This document shows, piece by piece, positions 1-13,659 of a stretch of DNA of 64,000 bases. The stretch lies in assembly GCA_951406725.2 (NCBI GenBank), contig OX597815.1, positions 198,462,001-198,526,000 of the forward strand, written 5' to 3'. The position numbers were made by a program, and so were the translations under genes. How positions within the stretch are numbered: the stretch's first letter is position 1; each line of letters begins with the position of its first letter. The notes below the pieces were generated by a model. That model had not been told where the DNA came from and searched no databases. It was given only the letters and a program-made list of their open reading frames with translations. Origin of the DNA: Octopus vulgaris (taxonomy: Eukaryota).

Positions 1-162
1 AAGTGAAGAAGGCAGAATTGTTAGCACGCTGGGGAAAAGGCTTAGCGGCATTTTCGGGATCGATGAAATTGTACAAGTTAAAGACTCGGGCCAATGTAAT
101 CGACTTAGCTCTCTTCCGAAAACGCTGGCAGAATTGTTACTATGCCGGACAAAATGCTTAGT

Positions 163-556
163 GAGCTGGCAGAAACGTTAGCATGCCGAGCGAAATGCGT
201 AGCCGTATTTCGTGTGCCGTTACGTTCTGAGTTCAAATTCCGCCGAGGTCGACTTTGCCTTTCATCCATTCGGGGTTGATAAATTAAGTACCAGTTACGC
301 ACTGGGGTCGATATAATCGATTTAATCCGTCTGTCTGTCCTTGTTTGTCTCCTCTGTGTTTAGTCCCTTGTAGGTAGTAAATAAATAGGTATTTAGTCCG
401 TCATTATGATCTGAGTTCAAATGCCACCGAGGTCGACATTTAGCCCAGAATTGAATCGATAAAATAAGTACCAACTCAGTACTGGGATCCATGTAATCGA
501 TTTAGCCCTGTCAGGAAATTGCTGGCCTTGTGCCAAAATTTGAAACCAATATAGTA
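163..556 (+). mobile_element. tRNA-derived SINE with Meta-like central domain, dimeric (head + 2 body units)
   Basis: Head GAGCTGGCAGAAACGTTAGC, B-box GAGTTCAAATTCC, and central GCCTTTCATCC..GGGGTTGATAAATTAAGTACCAG. A second unit restarts at GGTATTTAG (388). Near-identical copies lie at 17.8, 46.3 and 51.3 kb. Confidence 0.8.
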
Positions 557-1285
557 AAAGCAAAACAGATTGATCTCCTGGAGGATTACAGCATAGAAAA
601 ACATGCCTCACGAAATTTAGTTACAAACATTTATCCTCTCAAACCGAATATTGTTGAGTTTATATCAGCAGTTCTTCCATACAGGATCGCTGAAATGAGG
701 TGTCAGTAAAGCCGGTGATATTATTCTGCAAAATCAATATCGAAATCAATAATAATAATGATTGTTTAGCGTAATAGAATGCAAAGTCTTCAGATCATTG
801 GTCAAAATACGATGCAGCAATCAGTTTATATTTCCTTATTTTCTAAATTCAATTCATGTTCGATAAAATTATTGTCAATCTTCAGGAGTTCCACGAAGTA
901 AGAACGAGTGAATTATCATGCTTCATTAAACAGTCCGTAACATCCGGCCGAACATATATAGGTTTTTGTTGTGTTTTTTTTTACATTTTTTGGAAAAACT
1001 GATCATTATTCTAAAATTTGGCACTCGGATAGTAGAACTCACAGCGTGTCCACCATGTTATTTGACATACTTAATTCACTGATATGGTAGAGATTTCCAT
1101 GCAGAAATACGGATCGTATTAGACCTTTTATCCACTTCCTATCATATGCCTAAATTGATTGAGATCATTATATTCCTTCATGAAATCTGTGGTGCTTTGT
1201 CAATGACAAGAATCCTAATCTTCATTTTCACTTACATCACTATAATTAAAATCATCTATATCTCATTTCAGACCCAAGAACCCAA

Positions 1286-1323
<38 letters not shown>

Positions 1324-3997
1324 ACACACACACAGCACACACACACACACAGCAATATATTTGTTAAATCAGCGTTGGTTCTATACGATCGGTTGAACTG
1401 CTACAAATAACAACTGAAATTTTCACAAATTGTGAGGTGCCGCCTTTGAAAATAGCATCTTGTATTTGTAAATGACGGTTTCATTTACAGAGGTATAATA
1501 CGTGAGAGTCACGGCTGGAATGACTTTTCTCATAGATCTACTTAACAAGGGGCGACTCGGGTGTCCAGCTTTAAAAATATCCATTTGGCTTTGATTCTGT
1601 GTAAAAGGTAAATAGCAATACGATGTCTCTGATTTAATCGAAATATCTTCCATAAGCCTCTTCGTTGCACACATCATTATGCCTACTGTGATCATCATCA
1701 TCGCGCTCATCATAGTTGTTCTCTTCATTATCATATTCATCTAACCTTGTCACCGTTGCTCAGCTTTCATCGTCGTCAGCATCATTGTCATCATCGTCAA
1801 CTTTAATCGTAGCAGTAGTAGTGGTAGATGTTTTTGCTGATATTGTTGTTGCTGTTGCTGTAAGACCAGTGGTACATTTGCCGGTAGAAAACGTCATATC
1901 GAATGCTAAACTTATTTCCAATATTCTGTTCTGTTTCTCTGGATCCCGAATCCAAATCATACTGACAGATATTTTGTTCTGGATTCGACAGAGTATATAT
2001 ATCAACCAGCTAGGTCTATTTGTTTCTTCTCTCTTCCAAAGTCTTTGAGTGACATTTCTTTTGCTTACTGTCGTATAAAATAACAAAGAATTGCATTTGT
2101 ATCCTTAGAATATTATATATCCACGAGGAAGCAATATATGGATATTGACCTCTATACATTACTGTGGTTATGACTTATACATGTAACTTTCGATTCTTCT
2201 GTATTTCAATTCCAAGACGTATTGCATACCGATTTGTCATCTACGATCACAACATAACAGTTAATTTTTGTATGAGAAGACGTTCAGAAGCACTCGCTAA
2301 TGGCTTCTCAGTTTTGAGAAGAAAGGACTAAACCTCATATTCTATCCGTGGTGCAAAATGAACGACTATGAGAGTGAACGAAACACAAAAGACGAGATCT
2401 TTGTATATAAATCGCTATTTATTTCTCAAATTTCAAATAGTGGAAGGCAAAATTGATCTGAACACAACAATATTTGAACTTATAGCCTTGAATACCGACT
2501 GAAATCTCTTCAGATACTGAGTCCGACATCTGAAGACTCTGCTAATTAGCCGACTATATGTCTAACAGACAGATATGTAATTTTCAAAAGTGTAAAATTC
2601 TAAACAAAAATTAACACATAAAAGATCGTAAATGTAAAACTTACCTAACATAAAAGATAATAGAAAGAACAGGAAAACAACACTTTTAAAAAAGATCTAA
2701 AACAAAAAAGAAAAAGAAAAAAAGAAAAAAAAGTAACTGCTTGTTATAAATCACTCGACAAAATATTCGAAATACGAAAAATGCCGAAACAAATTCAAAA
2801 CTCATCACACAATATATGAATCACTAAACTTAAACATTCATACTGAGAAAATAAATTTAAATAAACACAATACAAGCCAAAGCTAAGACAAACAGCCAAA
2901 CAATCCTAACAACATTCATAGACAAGTGCATAGATACTTACACAGGAAGATAGAAACACAGGAATATACACATACACGTATTCATGAATGTACACATACA
3001 CGTATACATGCGTATGTATAATACATACGCACACTTGCATACACAGGGAGACGTACACACATTTATATATGGACATATATATGCGTGCGCTTTTATATAT
3101 ATGCGCTTTTATATATGTATGTGTATGCATATCTGTATGTAATGTATGTATATATGTAAGTATATGAATATATGCATGTATACACATAAACGCAGAGACA
3201 TATAGAGATAAGAGATTGGAAACATAAAAGAAAACAGAGTCAAATTCGACAGTTAACATCTAATCAAACAACTTAGTTTTAACTTCTAGCTATACTGACA
3301 TATGTCTCAGACAATTTTTGCTGCTTGAATGATAAATGAGTTCTAACTACATGGAGGGCAGGAGGGAAATAAATAAAGAATGAACTGAAGAAATGAATAA
3401 AGAATGAAACTTAAGAAACAAAGCAAAACAAGAATATAAAAAAAAAACATGAAATGAATAAATGATTGGATAAACGAATGAACGATGAATGTGAGGTAAA
3501 AAAAAAAAAAATGTTGGGTGGGTATAAAAGTGTAAGTGATTGAGAATGAGGAAAGATGTAGGAAACAGAAAGACTGATAGACGAAGCACACGATATTAGG
3601 AAAGGTATGAATGACACAGTGTATGGAATGACACAGTGAGTAGAGATGAAAATAAACTCGTTGTAATAATGAGTAAGAGCTAAGATTGGAGGAAAATAGG
3701 GAAGTAGGCTGAGTGAGAGAGCGAGAGAGAGGAAAATTCAAAGTTACAGAGAGAAGAGAAGAAGAAATTAAAATAAATATTATGGTAATTCTAATTACAA
3801 TGAGGCATAATATAATGTTCAAAGCGTATAGGAGATTAAAGAAAGGGAAAGCAAATAACCAATTTACACCTTAAATTTAAATGGTTTGGGGGTTAAAATC
3901 CCCTTCATCAAGAAAAGCCAGAAGAATCGTTGGACTGGGACGAGATGTTATGTACAGTGAAATAGAGATGCTTGACTGTGTATGAAATATGCAAGAA

Positions 3998-4064
<67 letters not shown>

Positions 4065-4107
4065 ATATATATATATATATATATGTCTATCTCTCTATCT
4101 GTCTATC

Positions 4108-4203
<96 letters not shown>

Positions 4204-4223
4204 TATCTCTCTCTGTCCCTCTA

Positions 4224-4285
<62 letters not shown>

Positions 4286-4300
4286 CCTACCTATCTATTT
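3998..4300. repeat. Compound (ATCT)n/(AT)n microsatellite
   Basis: Seen directly. It is the source of the YLSI-repeat ORFs. Confidence 0.95.
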
Positions 4301-4409
4301 ATCTATATATCCTTATATATATATATTTATCAACGCATGTACGTATATATATGTGAAAGTATACACACATATACACATATATACACACATACCTGAATAA
4401 ATTTATAGG

Positions 4410-4441
<32 letters not shown>

Positions 4442-4769
4442 CATATAACTATGCACATATATGAAATCGAAGACATATTACTACATGCATATATATATAT
4501 ATACATGTACCGAAAAACAAAGAAAGAGACAGAGAGAGGTGGAGCTGATATATGATTAATATTGTTTCATCCGCAAAACTTAGGGAACCGATCAGGCAAC
4601 TTTGAGAAGTAAATAAAGGATGTCGAATCGGAAAAAAACCTCGGGGTGAACAATCGCCTGTAATGCTGCAAAGAATTTAAACCCAGAATTACGGAGAGAG
4701 AGAGAGAGAGAGGGGGGAGAGAGAGGGAGGGAGGAGACGATCATAAGTTGAAAAATAGTGATTTAAAAT

Positions 4770-4969
4770 TTTAGCACAAGGCCAGCAATTTCGGGGGAGG
4801 AAGAAAGTGGATTACATCAGCACAGTGCTCAATTGATAATTGTTTAATCGACCGCGTAAAGGTGAAAAGCAAGGTCGACCACGGTGGTATTTGAACGCTG
4901 AGCGCGAAGACGGGCGAAGTGCTGCTAAGCATTTTGTCCGGTGTGCCAACTGTTCAGCAAGCTCACCGT
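4770..4969 (-). mobile_element. Degenerate older Meta-type SINE copy
   Basis: The reverse complement starts GGTGAGCTTGCTGAACAGTTGGCAC, followed by a degenerate B-box/Meta domain and the GGCCTTGTGC tail shared with 525-535. Confidence 0.65.
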
Positions 4970-5431
4970 ATAATTGAAAAATATTAAACGAGAAAAATAC
5001 AATTACATAGATAAGAAGCAAGAATAGGAAACAATGTCATGGGGAAAAAGAACAAACGTGTGATTACGGTAGATATAAAGAGGGTGAGTTGTTAAACAGA
5101 ACAAAGTAGGGTAGGAATTCTATGACATGCAGTAAAAAGCTGAATTCATGTGTCAAGTGAAAGAGATTGGCTGAGAGAAGTAAAAACTATCTAATGACAG
5201 GGAAGGAAAATTATAGGAAAAGAGACGAATGGAGGAATGCTTCGTATCTTGGAGTAAGATGCGTGAAAACGAGGGAACGGGTAATAAAGGAGATGAAAGG
5301 CTTGGGGTTCGAAGAAAGAGTTATACGTGAAGAATGCGAAAGAAGCATAAGAAACTGATATAAAAGAGGCAACGAGATGACGCAGTGAAGTTCCAGTTAA
5401 TTTATACAGATGTATGTATGTATATTTATGT

Positions 5432-5466
<35 letters not shown>

Positions 5467-5511
5467 CACGCACAGAGATAAAAGCACCTTTAACTATACA
5501 TACACATACAA

Positions 5512-5543
<32 letters not shown>

Positions 5544-6399
5544 CTAAACCTGTGCGTAAGGAAATGTGAATGTTGGTGTATATAAACTGAACGAGTGGTG
5601 ACCGCAGGTGGGAAATTTATGATAAACAGACACTAATTTATAATTCATTGCAATACAACCAGTGTATGTTACATTCTGAGAGGACGTGGAACAACAATAC
5701 GAAGAGGTATTACAGTAACAACAGTAGGAGAAATAGGAGAAGGGATAAAAGAAGGCAGAGGAGGTATTTATTTAAGAAGAAATAATTTTGTTGGTGTTAT
5801 TGAATGGGTCAAATGTTTTATCATTTAGTTTTTGTGCGGGAGTAAAAGAAAGAGGTTGAAACGCGAAGGAATTCCTGTCGGGCTTATCAGAAACACGAAC
5901 AACAATGTCACAACACGCAAAATATTTACTACAACCAAAGGGCCAACAAGGCAGTTACAACGTTGTTCCTCGGCATGCGAGTATTATCAATCGAATCTCC
6001 CTTAAATGATGCTCAACAGCCTTCAGCAAAGGGAAGAACGCATTGTATAAGGCATTCCTAAAGATCCTTAAACGCCAGCTATGGTCATGGTTGAATGCCC
6101 TTGGACACTCATCGGTTAACGCAAGGTGTTTAATGGTAGTTAAACGATAAGAAAAAAAAAATCAATAGCTAAAAGAACTACTACTACTACTACTAATACT
6201 ACTATTACTGCTGCTGCTACTGCTACTGCTGCCACTACTGCTGCTGCAGCTGCGGCTGCTACTGCTGTTAGCTGTGCGGCAAAATTTGCGTATGAGCACC
6301 AACATTAGAATTACGGAGTGCAAAAACGGGTATATAAATAATAAAACAATGGAAAGATCAAAACATGTTTGAACAAATGAGTAATATATATACATATAT

Positions 6400-6477
<78 letters not shown>

Positions 6478-6521
6478 ACACACATACACACACACACACA
6501 CTTATACATATATACACGCGC

Positions 6522-6720
6522 GCGAAGGTGCTGAAAAGTTTGTAGGTTTATGTAAAAGAAAATAATTGAGGATCAGTTAAGTATGTTTTTATTCCACATA
6601 CTCGACTCTCAGATTCACAAACTTGTAGGAGAAGTCCTTCAGTTTATCTAAACCCTGCAGAACTCGGAAGGTTAGGCCTTTCACGATACCCTTAGAACCA
6701 AGTAATTTTTAGCACCCTTT
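6522..6720 (-). mobile_element. Mariner-derived MITE (~200 bp)
   Basis: Terminal inverted repeats AAGGTGCTGAAAAGTT / AATTTTTAGCACCCTT. Homologous, in opposite orientation, to 49562-49778. Confidence 0.65.
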
Positions 6721-6730
6721 TCCATATGTG

Positions 6731-6785
<55 letters not shown>

Positions 6786-7065
6786 TCTCTTTTACTCTTT
6801 TACTCTTTTACTTGTTTCAGTCATTTGACTGCGGCCATGCTGGAGCACCGCCTTCAGTCGAGCAACTCGACACCGGGACTTATTCTTTCTGTAAGCCCAG
6901 TACTTATTCTATCGGTCTCTTTTGCCGAACCGCTAAGTAACGGGGACATAAACACACCAGCATCGGTTATCAAGGAATGCTAGGAGAACAAACACAGACA
7001 CACAAACATACACACACATACATACATATATATATATACATATATACGACGGGCTTCTTTCAGTA
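6786..7065 (-). mobile_element. CORE-type tRNA-SINE, 3' part
   Basis: Matches the 3' half of the full copies at 11738-12154 and 63220-63622. It has a (TAAAAGAG)n tail. Confidence 0.8.
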
Positions 7066-7147
7066 TATATATATATATATACATGCAAGCTTATACATGT
7101 GTGTGACTGTATGTATTAATATATGAATGCACGCATATGTGCGTGCG

Positions 7148-7180
<33 letters not shown>

Positions 7181-7449
7181 GCGTGTGTGTGTGTGTGTGT
7201 GTGAGCATGCGTCTGTGCGCGTATATTTTCTGGATACCACACTGCATTGCATATATTTTTCTTTCCGTGTGTATCAATCACTTCTATTAGTGTGTTCGTT
7301 TATTTATCTATTTATCCCTACCTCTGTATGTCTATATCTACGTATGGATGTATATGCATGTGTGCGTGTGCGTGTGTGTTTGTGTGTGTGTATACGCGTG
7401 TAGAAACAAATACAACAGTTGGATCAGAAAGCTTATCTATGCACGAAAA

Positions 7450-8160
7450 CAAAAATAATGCAGCACCCGTTGCAGCTGGTAGCAGCAACGTGAAGCGCAG
7501 TGATAGTAGCAAAGAACAGCTGCACCATCAACACCGACAGCAGCAGCAGCGCCAACAGCAGGAAGCAGCAATAAGCAGCATAAACAACATCACAGGAACT
7601 CTAGAATGAACAGCAGTTGCAGCAACACGAAGTGTAGTTGCAACAATAACGGGTACACCAATACCCGCAGCAACAAAAACAACAAGAATACTCTCAGCAG
7701 CTGCACCGACAGCAAGAACATCAATTTGCAAGAAGAGCAGCAGCAGCAGCGGCAGCGGCAGCAGCTTCCATGTGCAAAAGTAACTGCACAACTGCAGCAG
7801 CAAAAACGTTCATGGACAACAGCAAACTGCAGCAAAAGTATCTGAATGAACGGCAGCAACAGTACAGCAGCACCGACAGCATTGAATAAACTGCTGCTGT
7901 ACCAGCAGCACAAGTAGATCAGCCGCATTATCAGAACTAAGGAAGAAGTCAACAACAGCAGCAGCAGCATTAACGTCGGCAAGTCAGCAGCAGTAGAAGT
8001 TGAATGAAAAGCAGCCACAATGGCCTCAACAGTAACATCATTTGAAATCACAGCTTTTTCAGCAGCTGTAAAATACGAAGAATTAGCAGTAAGAGCAGCA
8101 ACAGCAGGAAGAAGAACCAAGATGTTGAATCAGAAACAGTAGCTACACCTGAGGCAGCAA
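7450..8160. repeat. Degenerate (CAG/CAA)n-rich low-complexity tract
   Basis: Interspersed CAG/CAA/AGC runs with stops in all frames. Confidence 0.75.
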
Positions 8161-8207
8161 AGTTTTTTAAAAAACAGAAAAACAAAATAGTAATAACAAT
8201 AAGTTTA

Positions 8208-8952
8208 GTTACAGCTGTTGTAATGACTTCTAATAGAGGCACAAGACCAGACGTTTGGAGGAGGAGAGAAATCATGTATATTGAACCATTAATTTACTGG
8301 TATTTTCTTACGCGATAAGCATTCACCTCTTACCCAAAGATCGAAGAATAACTCGAAGCCGGCGGGGTTTGTTATTATAGAAAATAAATAAACAAATATA
8401 TGAATAAATTACAGCTGTTGTAATGACTTCTAACAGAGGCACAATACCAGACGTTTGTGGGGAGGAGAGAAAGCACGAATATTGAAACATTACTTTACTG
8501 GTATTTTCTTATGCGATAAGCATTCACGTCTTACCCAAAGGTGGAAGAATAACTCGAAACCGACGGTGTTTGTTATTATAGAAAATAAATAAACAAATAG
8601 ATAAATAAATGAATAAATACTACTAGGTGATTTGATAGTGTCTACTCTGCCGAGTCTTTTAATCTTCTGCTTTTAGTAGTAAGAGAAGACCCAAACAAAA
8701 ACAATATCAAAATCACACATGTCTGCATTGGCGGAAAGAACAGAAATCGAACTCGGAAACGACGGGGTTTGTTATTATAGAAAATAAATAAACAAATGGA
8801 TAAATAAATAAGTAAATGACTAATACTAGGTGTTTTGACAGTGACTACTCTGCCGATTCTTTTAATGTTCCGCCTTTAGTAGTAAGAGAAGACCCGAAAC
8901 AATAACAATATCAAAATTACACACGTCTGCATTGGCGGAAAGAACAGAAATT
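8208..8952. repeat. Two staggered ~200-bp tandem duplications
   Basis: TTACAGCTGTTGTAATGACTTC occurs at 8209 and 8410. The GGGTTTGTTATTATAGAAAATAAATAAAC-like segment occurs three times. TAGTAGTAAGAGAAGACCC and GTCTGCATTGGCGGAAAGAACAGAAA each occur twice. Confidence 0.85.
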
Positions 8953-9479
8953 TGAAGTTTTATTATAACGGCAGTGGAGGTAGAGGCAGAATCAGAAGCG
9001 ACGTCGACGACACCAACAACAATAACAACAACATCAGTAGATAGCTGCAGCCGCGGAAACGACAGCTAGACAAGTTTTTACGAAGATAACTTCAGCATCA
9101 GCTGCAACTACAGCAGCAGTAGCAGCAATTGTAGTTGCAGCAGAGCAAGCAGCCACATAAGTTATACCGTAGCAGCAACAGTAATATCATTAACAACAAC
9201 AAATACATAAAAGTCACCAGTGGAAACAACAACAAGAACAACAACAACAACAGAAGAAGAAGCAGCAGCAACTACAGCAGCAATTGCAGCAGCAGCAGCA
9301 CAGTAGCAACTTCTGATGCGACGGAGTCAACAGTAATAGTAGTTATAGCCGTCAGAACAGAATTAACCAATAAAGCGGCAACAGCCGCAGCAGTAGTAAT
9401 AGTTGTTGTAACATAACTATAACAACAACAACAACAACAACAGTAACAAACAACAACACCTTAGCATAGCCAACTATAG

Positions 9480-10233
9480 AGCCCCCATATGGTCACTCAA
9501 CTTGCTAGAGATAGCAGTGAATTATTTCTTATATCATAAACGGCTGTTATAAGCAAGCACAGGTGGTAGTTAATAATGTAATCCGAGTTAACATTGAAAT
9601 AGTGAGAATTGGTCACGGTTGACGGTGTATGCCAGCTTAAATAATGCTGGCCTAGGGTTAAATAACAGCAACATCAACATGAGCAGCAGTAGCAGTAGCA
9701 GCAGCAGCAGCAGCAGCAGCAACGGTAGCTGCGGCAATTAGCAAATATGTCTGTAATATTTGTTGTTGTTTTAGACTCATGTCTGACCGGCTACGGCAGA
9801 TTTTGACATATATTTGTAGCCATGATCATTCATTTTTATTTTCCTCCAGTAGTCCACCTAAGAATACATTACCCAATGTGTCAAATTTATTCTTATGAAT
9901 ATATAGGGCGTGAAAAACCGAGTGTGTCTTAGCTGTTAGTTCTAGAATGAAAAACCGGCTGCGTAGAGGTGCCTCTCATTGGCTCGTATCTGTAACGGCA
10001 ATAACAAACAACAGCAGCCACACTCTCAGCAGCAGCACAGCAGTGGCGAAAGCAGCAACAGAACCACCACCACCACCACTACCACCACTACCACCAATAC
10101 CACCACTACCACCTCCACTACCACAACCAGCACCACTACCACCACCAATAACAGTTATGGAACAAAAATACTGCAAAACAACAGAAGCAAAAATAATAGC
10201 AGTAGTTACACTAGCAGCAACAACAGCAGCACC

Positions 10234-10296
<63 letters not shown>

Positions 10297-10670
10297 TGTA
10301 GCAGTAGCGGTAGCGGCAGCGGCAGCGGCAGCAGCAGCATGAACGGCAGTAGAAACAGGAGCGTAAACTTTAACGATAGCATTGTTAATAATTGTAGGTT
10401 AAGGGTTTCTTGTGTTGTGGTTGATTTTGTTCATCCTCATTCCAGGGGCAGACCTCTGTTTAAAATAAAGCCCATTCCTGCCGTGACCATCCCTTCTTTT
10501 TTTTTCTTTTGGGTGAGAAGTAATGACCTTGTTATCGACGAAATTATTTCTTTACACAATAGAAAGAAAGGGATTTATTTGAAAATTCGCTGCTTTTATT
10601 TTAACACGTTGAGTGAATCTAAGAAGGGCCTGGCTTATATGTCTCGTGCAGAAGGGCTGCAATAGGGATC
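9480..10670. mobile_element. Cluster of decayed copies of one interspersed repeat family (+ at ~9480-9670; - at ~9760-9990 and ~10400-10670) interleaved with CAG/ACC/TAG microsatellites
   Basis: Shared GGTCACGGCTGGAATG-like and TTGCTAGAAATAGCAG-like motifs, also seen at ~1390-1570 and ~5950-6140, with (AAC)n tails. Confidence 0.45.
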
Positions 10671-11119
10671 AAAGGGGGAGCTGGGTGGGAATACAAATAA
10701 CGTAGTAAACATCAGCATCAACATCATTAATAACAAACAACACCGACAATATTAGCAGTAATCGTGACAGCAAAAAGCAACAGTAGTAGTATTAGCAGCA
10801 GCTGGAAGTGAAGTAACACGACAGATATATAAACTTCAATATCTGCAGCAAAGACAACAACAACAACAGCAGCAGCAACAACAACGACAATAACAACAGC
10901 TACATCATCAGCAGCAGCAACATCATGTATGCTGTAGCTCTATTTGATCGATGGATCGCTGCGCAAACAAATAAACAAACATCAACACATACACACATAT
11001 ACAGCGTAACGATGAATGACATAGCAATCCTCTCGCTCTCACTACACACAGATACACACACACAAGCACACATACACACATACACACTCGCATATACTCA
11101 GAGAGACATATATAGGTAC

Positions 11120-11169
<50 letters not shown>

Positions 11170-11442
11170 CTTATATATTTACACATACACACACACAAAA
11201 ACACATACACAGACACGTTATTTTACCCTTACTGATTTCATCCAGAGGCTGGGGCCTTGCTGGGTACAACGTTTATGGTTTTCGTTAATATCTCAATCCC
11301 TTTTTCCCCGGTTCTCTCACCAGAACCGGTTCTAGTGAAGTAGTGTGTTCGACTTATATGCTGTTCTTTATGTTTATTTCTGTGATGTGGTTCATCTGGT
11401 ACTTGAGCGAAAAATTTGTCTAAATATTCTTAGAATCCATCA

Positions 11443-11497
<55 letters not shown>

Positions 11498-11737
11498 GTT
11501 AATCTAAACAAGAAAGCACGAAAAAACACAACAACGCGAGGACGTGGAACAAATATAGTATTACATATATATATATATATACGTACACATATAAATAGTA
11601 TTTATATATGTATATATATAGAAATTCCATTTGTGTGTGTGTCTGCACACACAGATACACACACATATGTATGTATGTATGTATGTATGTATGATGAGTG
11701 TGTTTGTGTATGTGTGTATGTATGTATATGTGTGGTC

Positions 11738-11960
11738 TTTTCTTTTATTCTTTTACTTGCTTCAGTCATTTGACTGAGTCCATGCTGGAGCAACGCCTTT
11801 AGTATAACAAATTAACCTCAGGAGTTATTTTTTTGTAAGTCAAGTACTACTTCTGTCGGTCGTTTAACCGAACCCCGAATTTACAGGGACGAAAACACAT
11901 CAACATCGGTTGCCATGCGATGGTTGTGATAGTGGAAGGGCCAAACAGACACACAAACAT

Positions 11961-12007
<47 letters not shown>

Positions 12008-12154
12008 TATGTGTGTGTATATATACGATGAGGTTTTTTTTCAGTTTCCGTCTACCAAATCCACTCACAAGCCTTTTGTCGGCCCGAGAGTATAGTAGAT
12101 TTGCCCAAGGTACCACGCAGTGGGACTGAACCCAGAACATGTGGTTGGGAAGCA
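11738..12154 (-). mobile_element. CORE-type tRNA-SINE, near full length, with internal (TA)/(TG) microsatellite
   Basis: The minus strand gives B-box GGGTTCAGTCCCA, CORE-like CCTTGGGCAA, then GTGAGTGGATTTGGTAGACGGAAACTG, an internal microsatellite and the family 3' body. Confidence 0.8.
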
Positions 12155-12156
12155 AT

Positions 12157-12240
12157 CACATGAATGTTAATTTCACGAACAAGCTGTTCCGTTGATCGTA
12201 TCAGCTGGGACCCTCGTCGTCGTAACCGACAGAGTGCTCC
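12157..12240 (+). mobile_element. 3' tail fragment of OR1/OR2-like SINE
   Basis: GTTAATTTCACG..AAGCTGTTCCGTTGATCGTATCAGCTGG..GTCGTAACCGAC..AGTGCTCC matches the tails at 31870-31950 and 59846-59925. Confidence 0.75.
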
Positions 12241-12329
12241 TATATATATGTATATATATATATATATATTTATAATCCTCTGTACGTTATGTTTCCCTAA
12301 TCCATAATCTGTACTTCCCTTTGACCTGT

Positions 12330-12429
12330 NNNNNNNNNNNNNNNNNNNNNNNNNNNNNNNNNNNNNNNNNNNNNNNNNNNNNNNNNNNNNNNNNNNNNNN
12401 NNNNNNNNNNNNNNNNNNNNNNNNNNNNN
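12330..12429. other. Assembly gap (100 N)
   Basis: Run of n. Confidence 1.
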
Positions 12430-13659
12430 ATCACTTTATATATTCCGACATTCACAGTTTTAAAATGCAATAAAAATATATTTACAAGACTTAAAGCTAT
12501 ACCATTCTGAATGATATTTTGTAAAATGTATTAAAATATATAATTTAATAATGGTCTTCCCCGGTTTCAAATCGGGATGGTTTTGATATCATTCCAATGC
12601 ATTTCAGAAAAATACAAATTCCTCCGAGATTTTCGTATATTGTATACATTTTACAATGGGTGGCAAGAAATTATTTTTGCCTGTTGTTGAACAGTTAAAA
12701 ATTACTGATATTGTAAATCTACCCTCAAGGATCAAAATGAAACATTATTCATAGACGTTTCAAATATTAGTCATAGAGTAGGACTAAGTTATTTAGTTCA
12801 ATTGAGATTTCTCTGAGATATTTAGAATCACTATTATGCATGCAATTTAGACATAGCTCCCTCTGCTCTACTATGTAGTCTACTAAGTTCATGAAAGATT
12901 AGGGGTAATTATCGTTCGCTTAGCTATTGTTGATATTGTTCGTGATTCTGAGAATGCTGTTCGTAATTTCGTTGATGATGATAATAACGATAAATGTAAT
13001 ACTGTTGAATAAGACAGAAAAAGAGAAAAGAATTTGAGTGAAAACAAAGTCGTTGATGATGACGAGGAAATATAAAAGAGTTGTGTAGTTATGTTTCTGT
13101 TGAAATAAATTGTGAATTATTCATCATATGTTTGTTAAGTGTTATTTAAGTCTAACAAATTTACCCTTGGGTTTAAAGTTATTTATTTTCATGTTCAGAA
13201 GAGTTACGGTGAATAATGTCTGGTCCTAGTATTCGTTGTCACAAAGCCCTTGTTTCAAATTCTGACGAGGTCACTGCATATATTTGTGCTTTAATCTATA
13301 TGGTTTGTGAAAATATCCATTTTTAACCTTCTTATGTTTTTGAAATATTGAAGGCTTAACCTTACACCCAAGTATATTAGTAATTGAAGTATTGTATTTC
13401 ATTTTCCTTCTTCCGATAATGGAATGCCATCCAAGGGGAAATAAACGACGAAAAACGCGATTTTCTTTTTCTTTTAAAGAAACGAAGATGAACGATGCAA
13501 GAGGAAAAAGATGAGGTGAGGCGCATATAGTCACAGGAACACTTTAAAATCGCAAAAGAAGAGTGATGGAGATAAGATGTAGATATGTGTGAGAAAGTGG
13601 GTAGTGAAGAGGAAAACGAAGCAGAGAATATGGAAGGGTAAAATGTAGAGAGGGCAGGA

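Noticed and set aside
3972-4400. YI/YLSI/HT/VC-repeat ORFs here and throughout the window
   Set aside because: Microsatellite translations.
7247-8120. Poly-Gln-like ORFs in the CAG-rich tract
   Set aside because: Stops interrupt every frame, and there is no recognisable domain or exon boundary.
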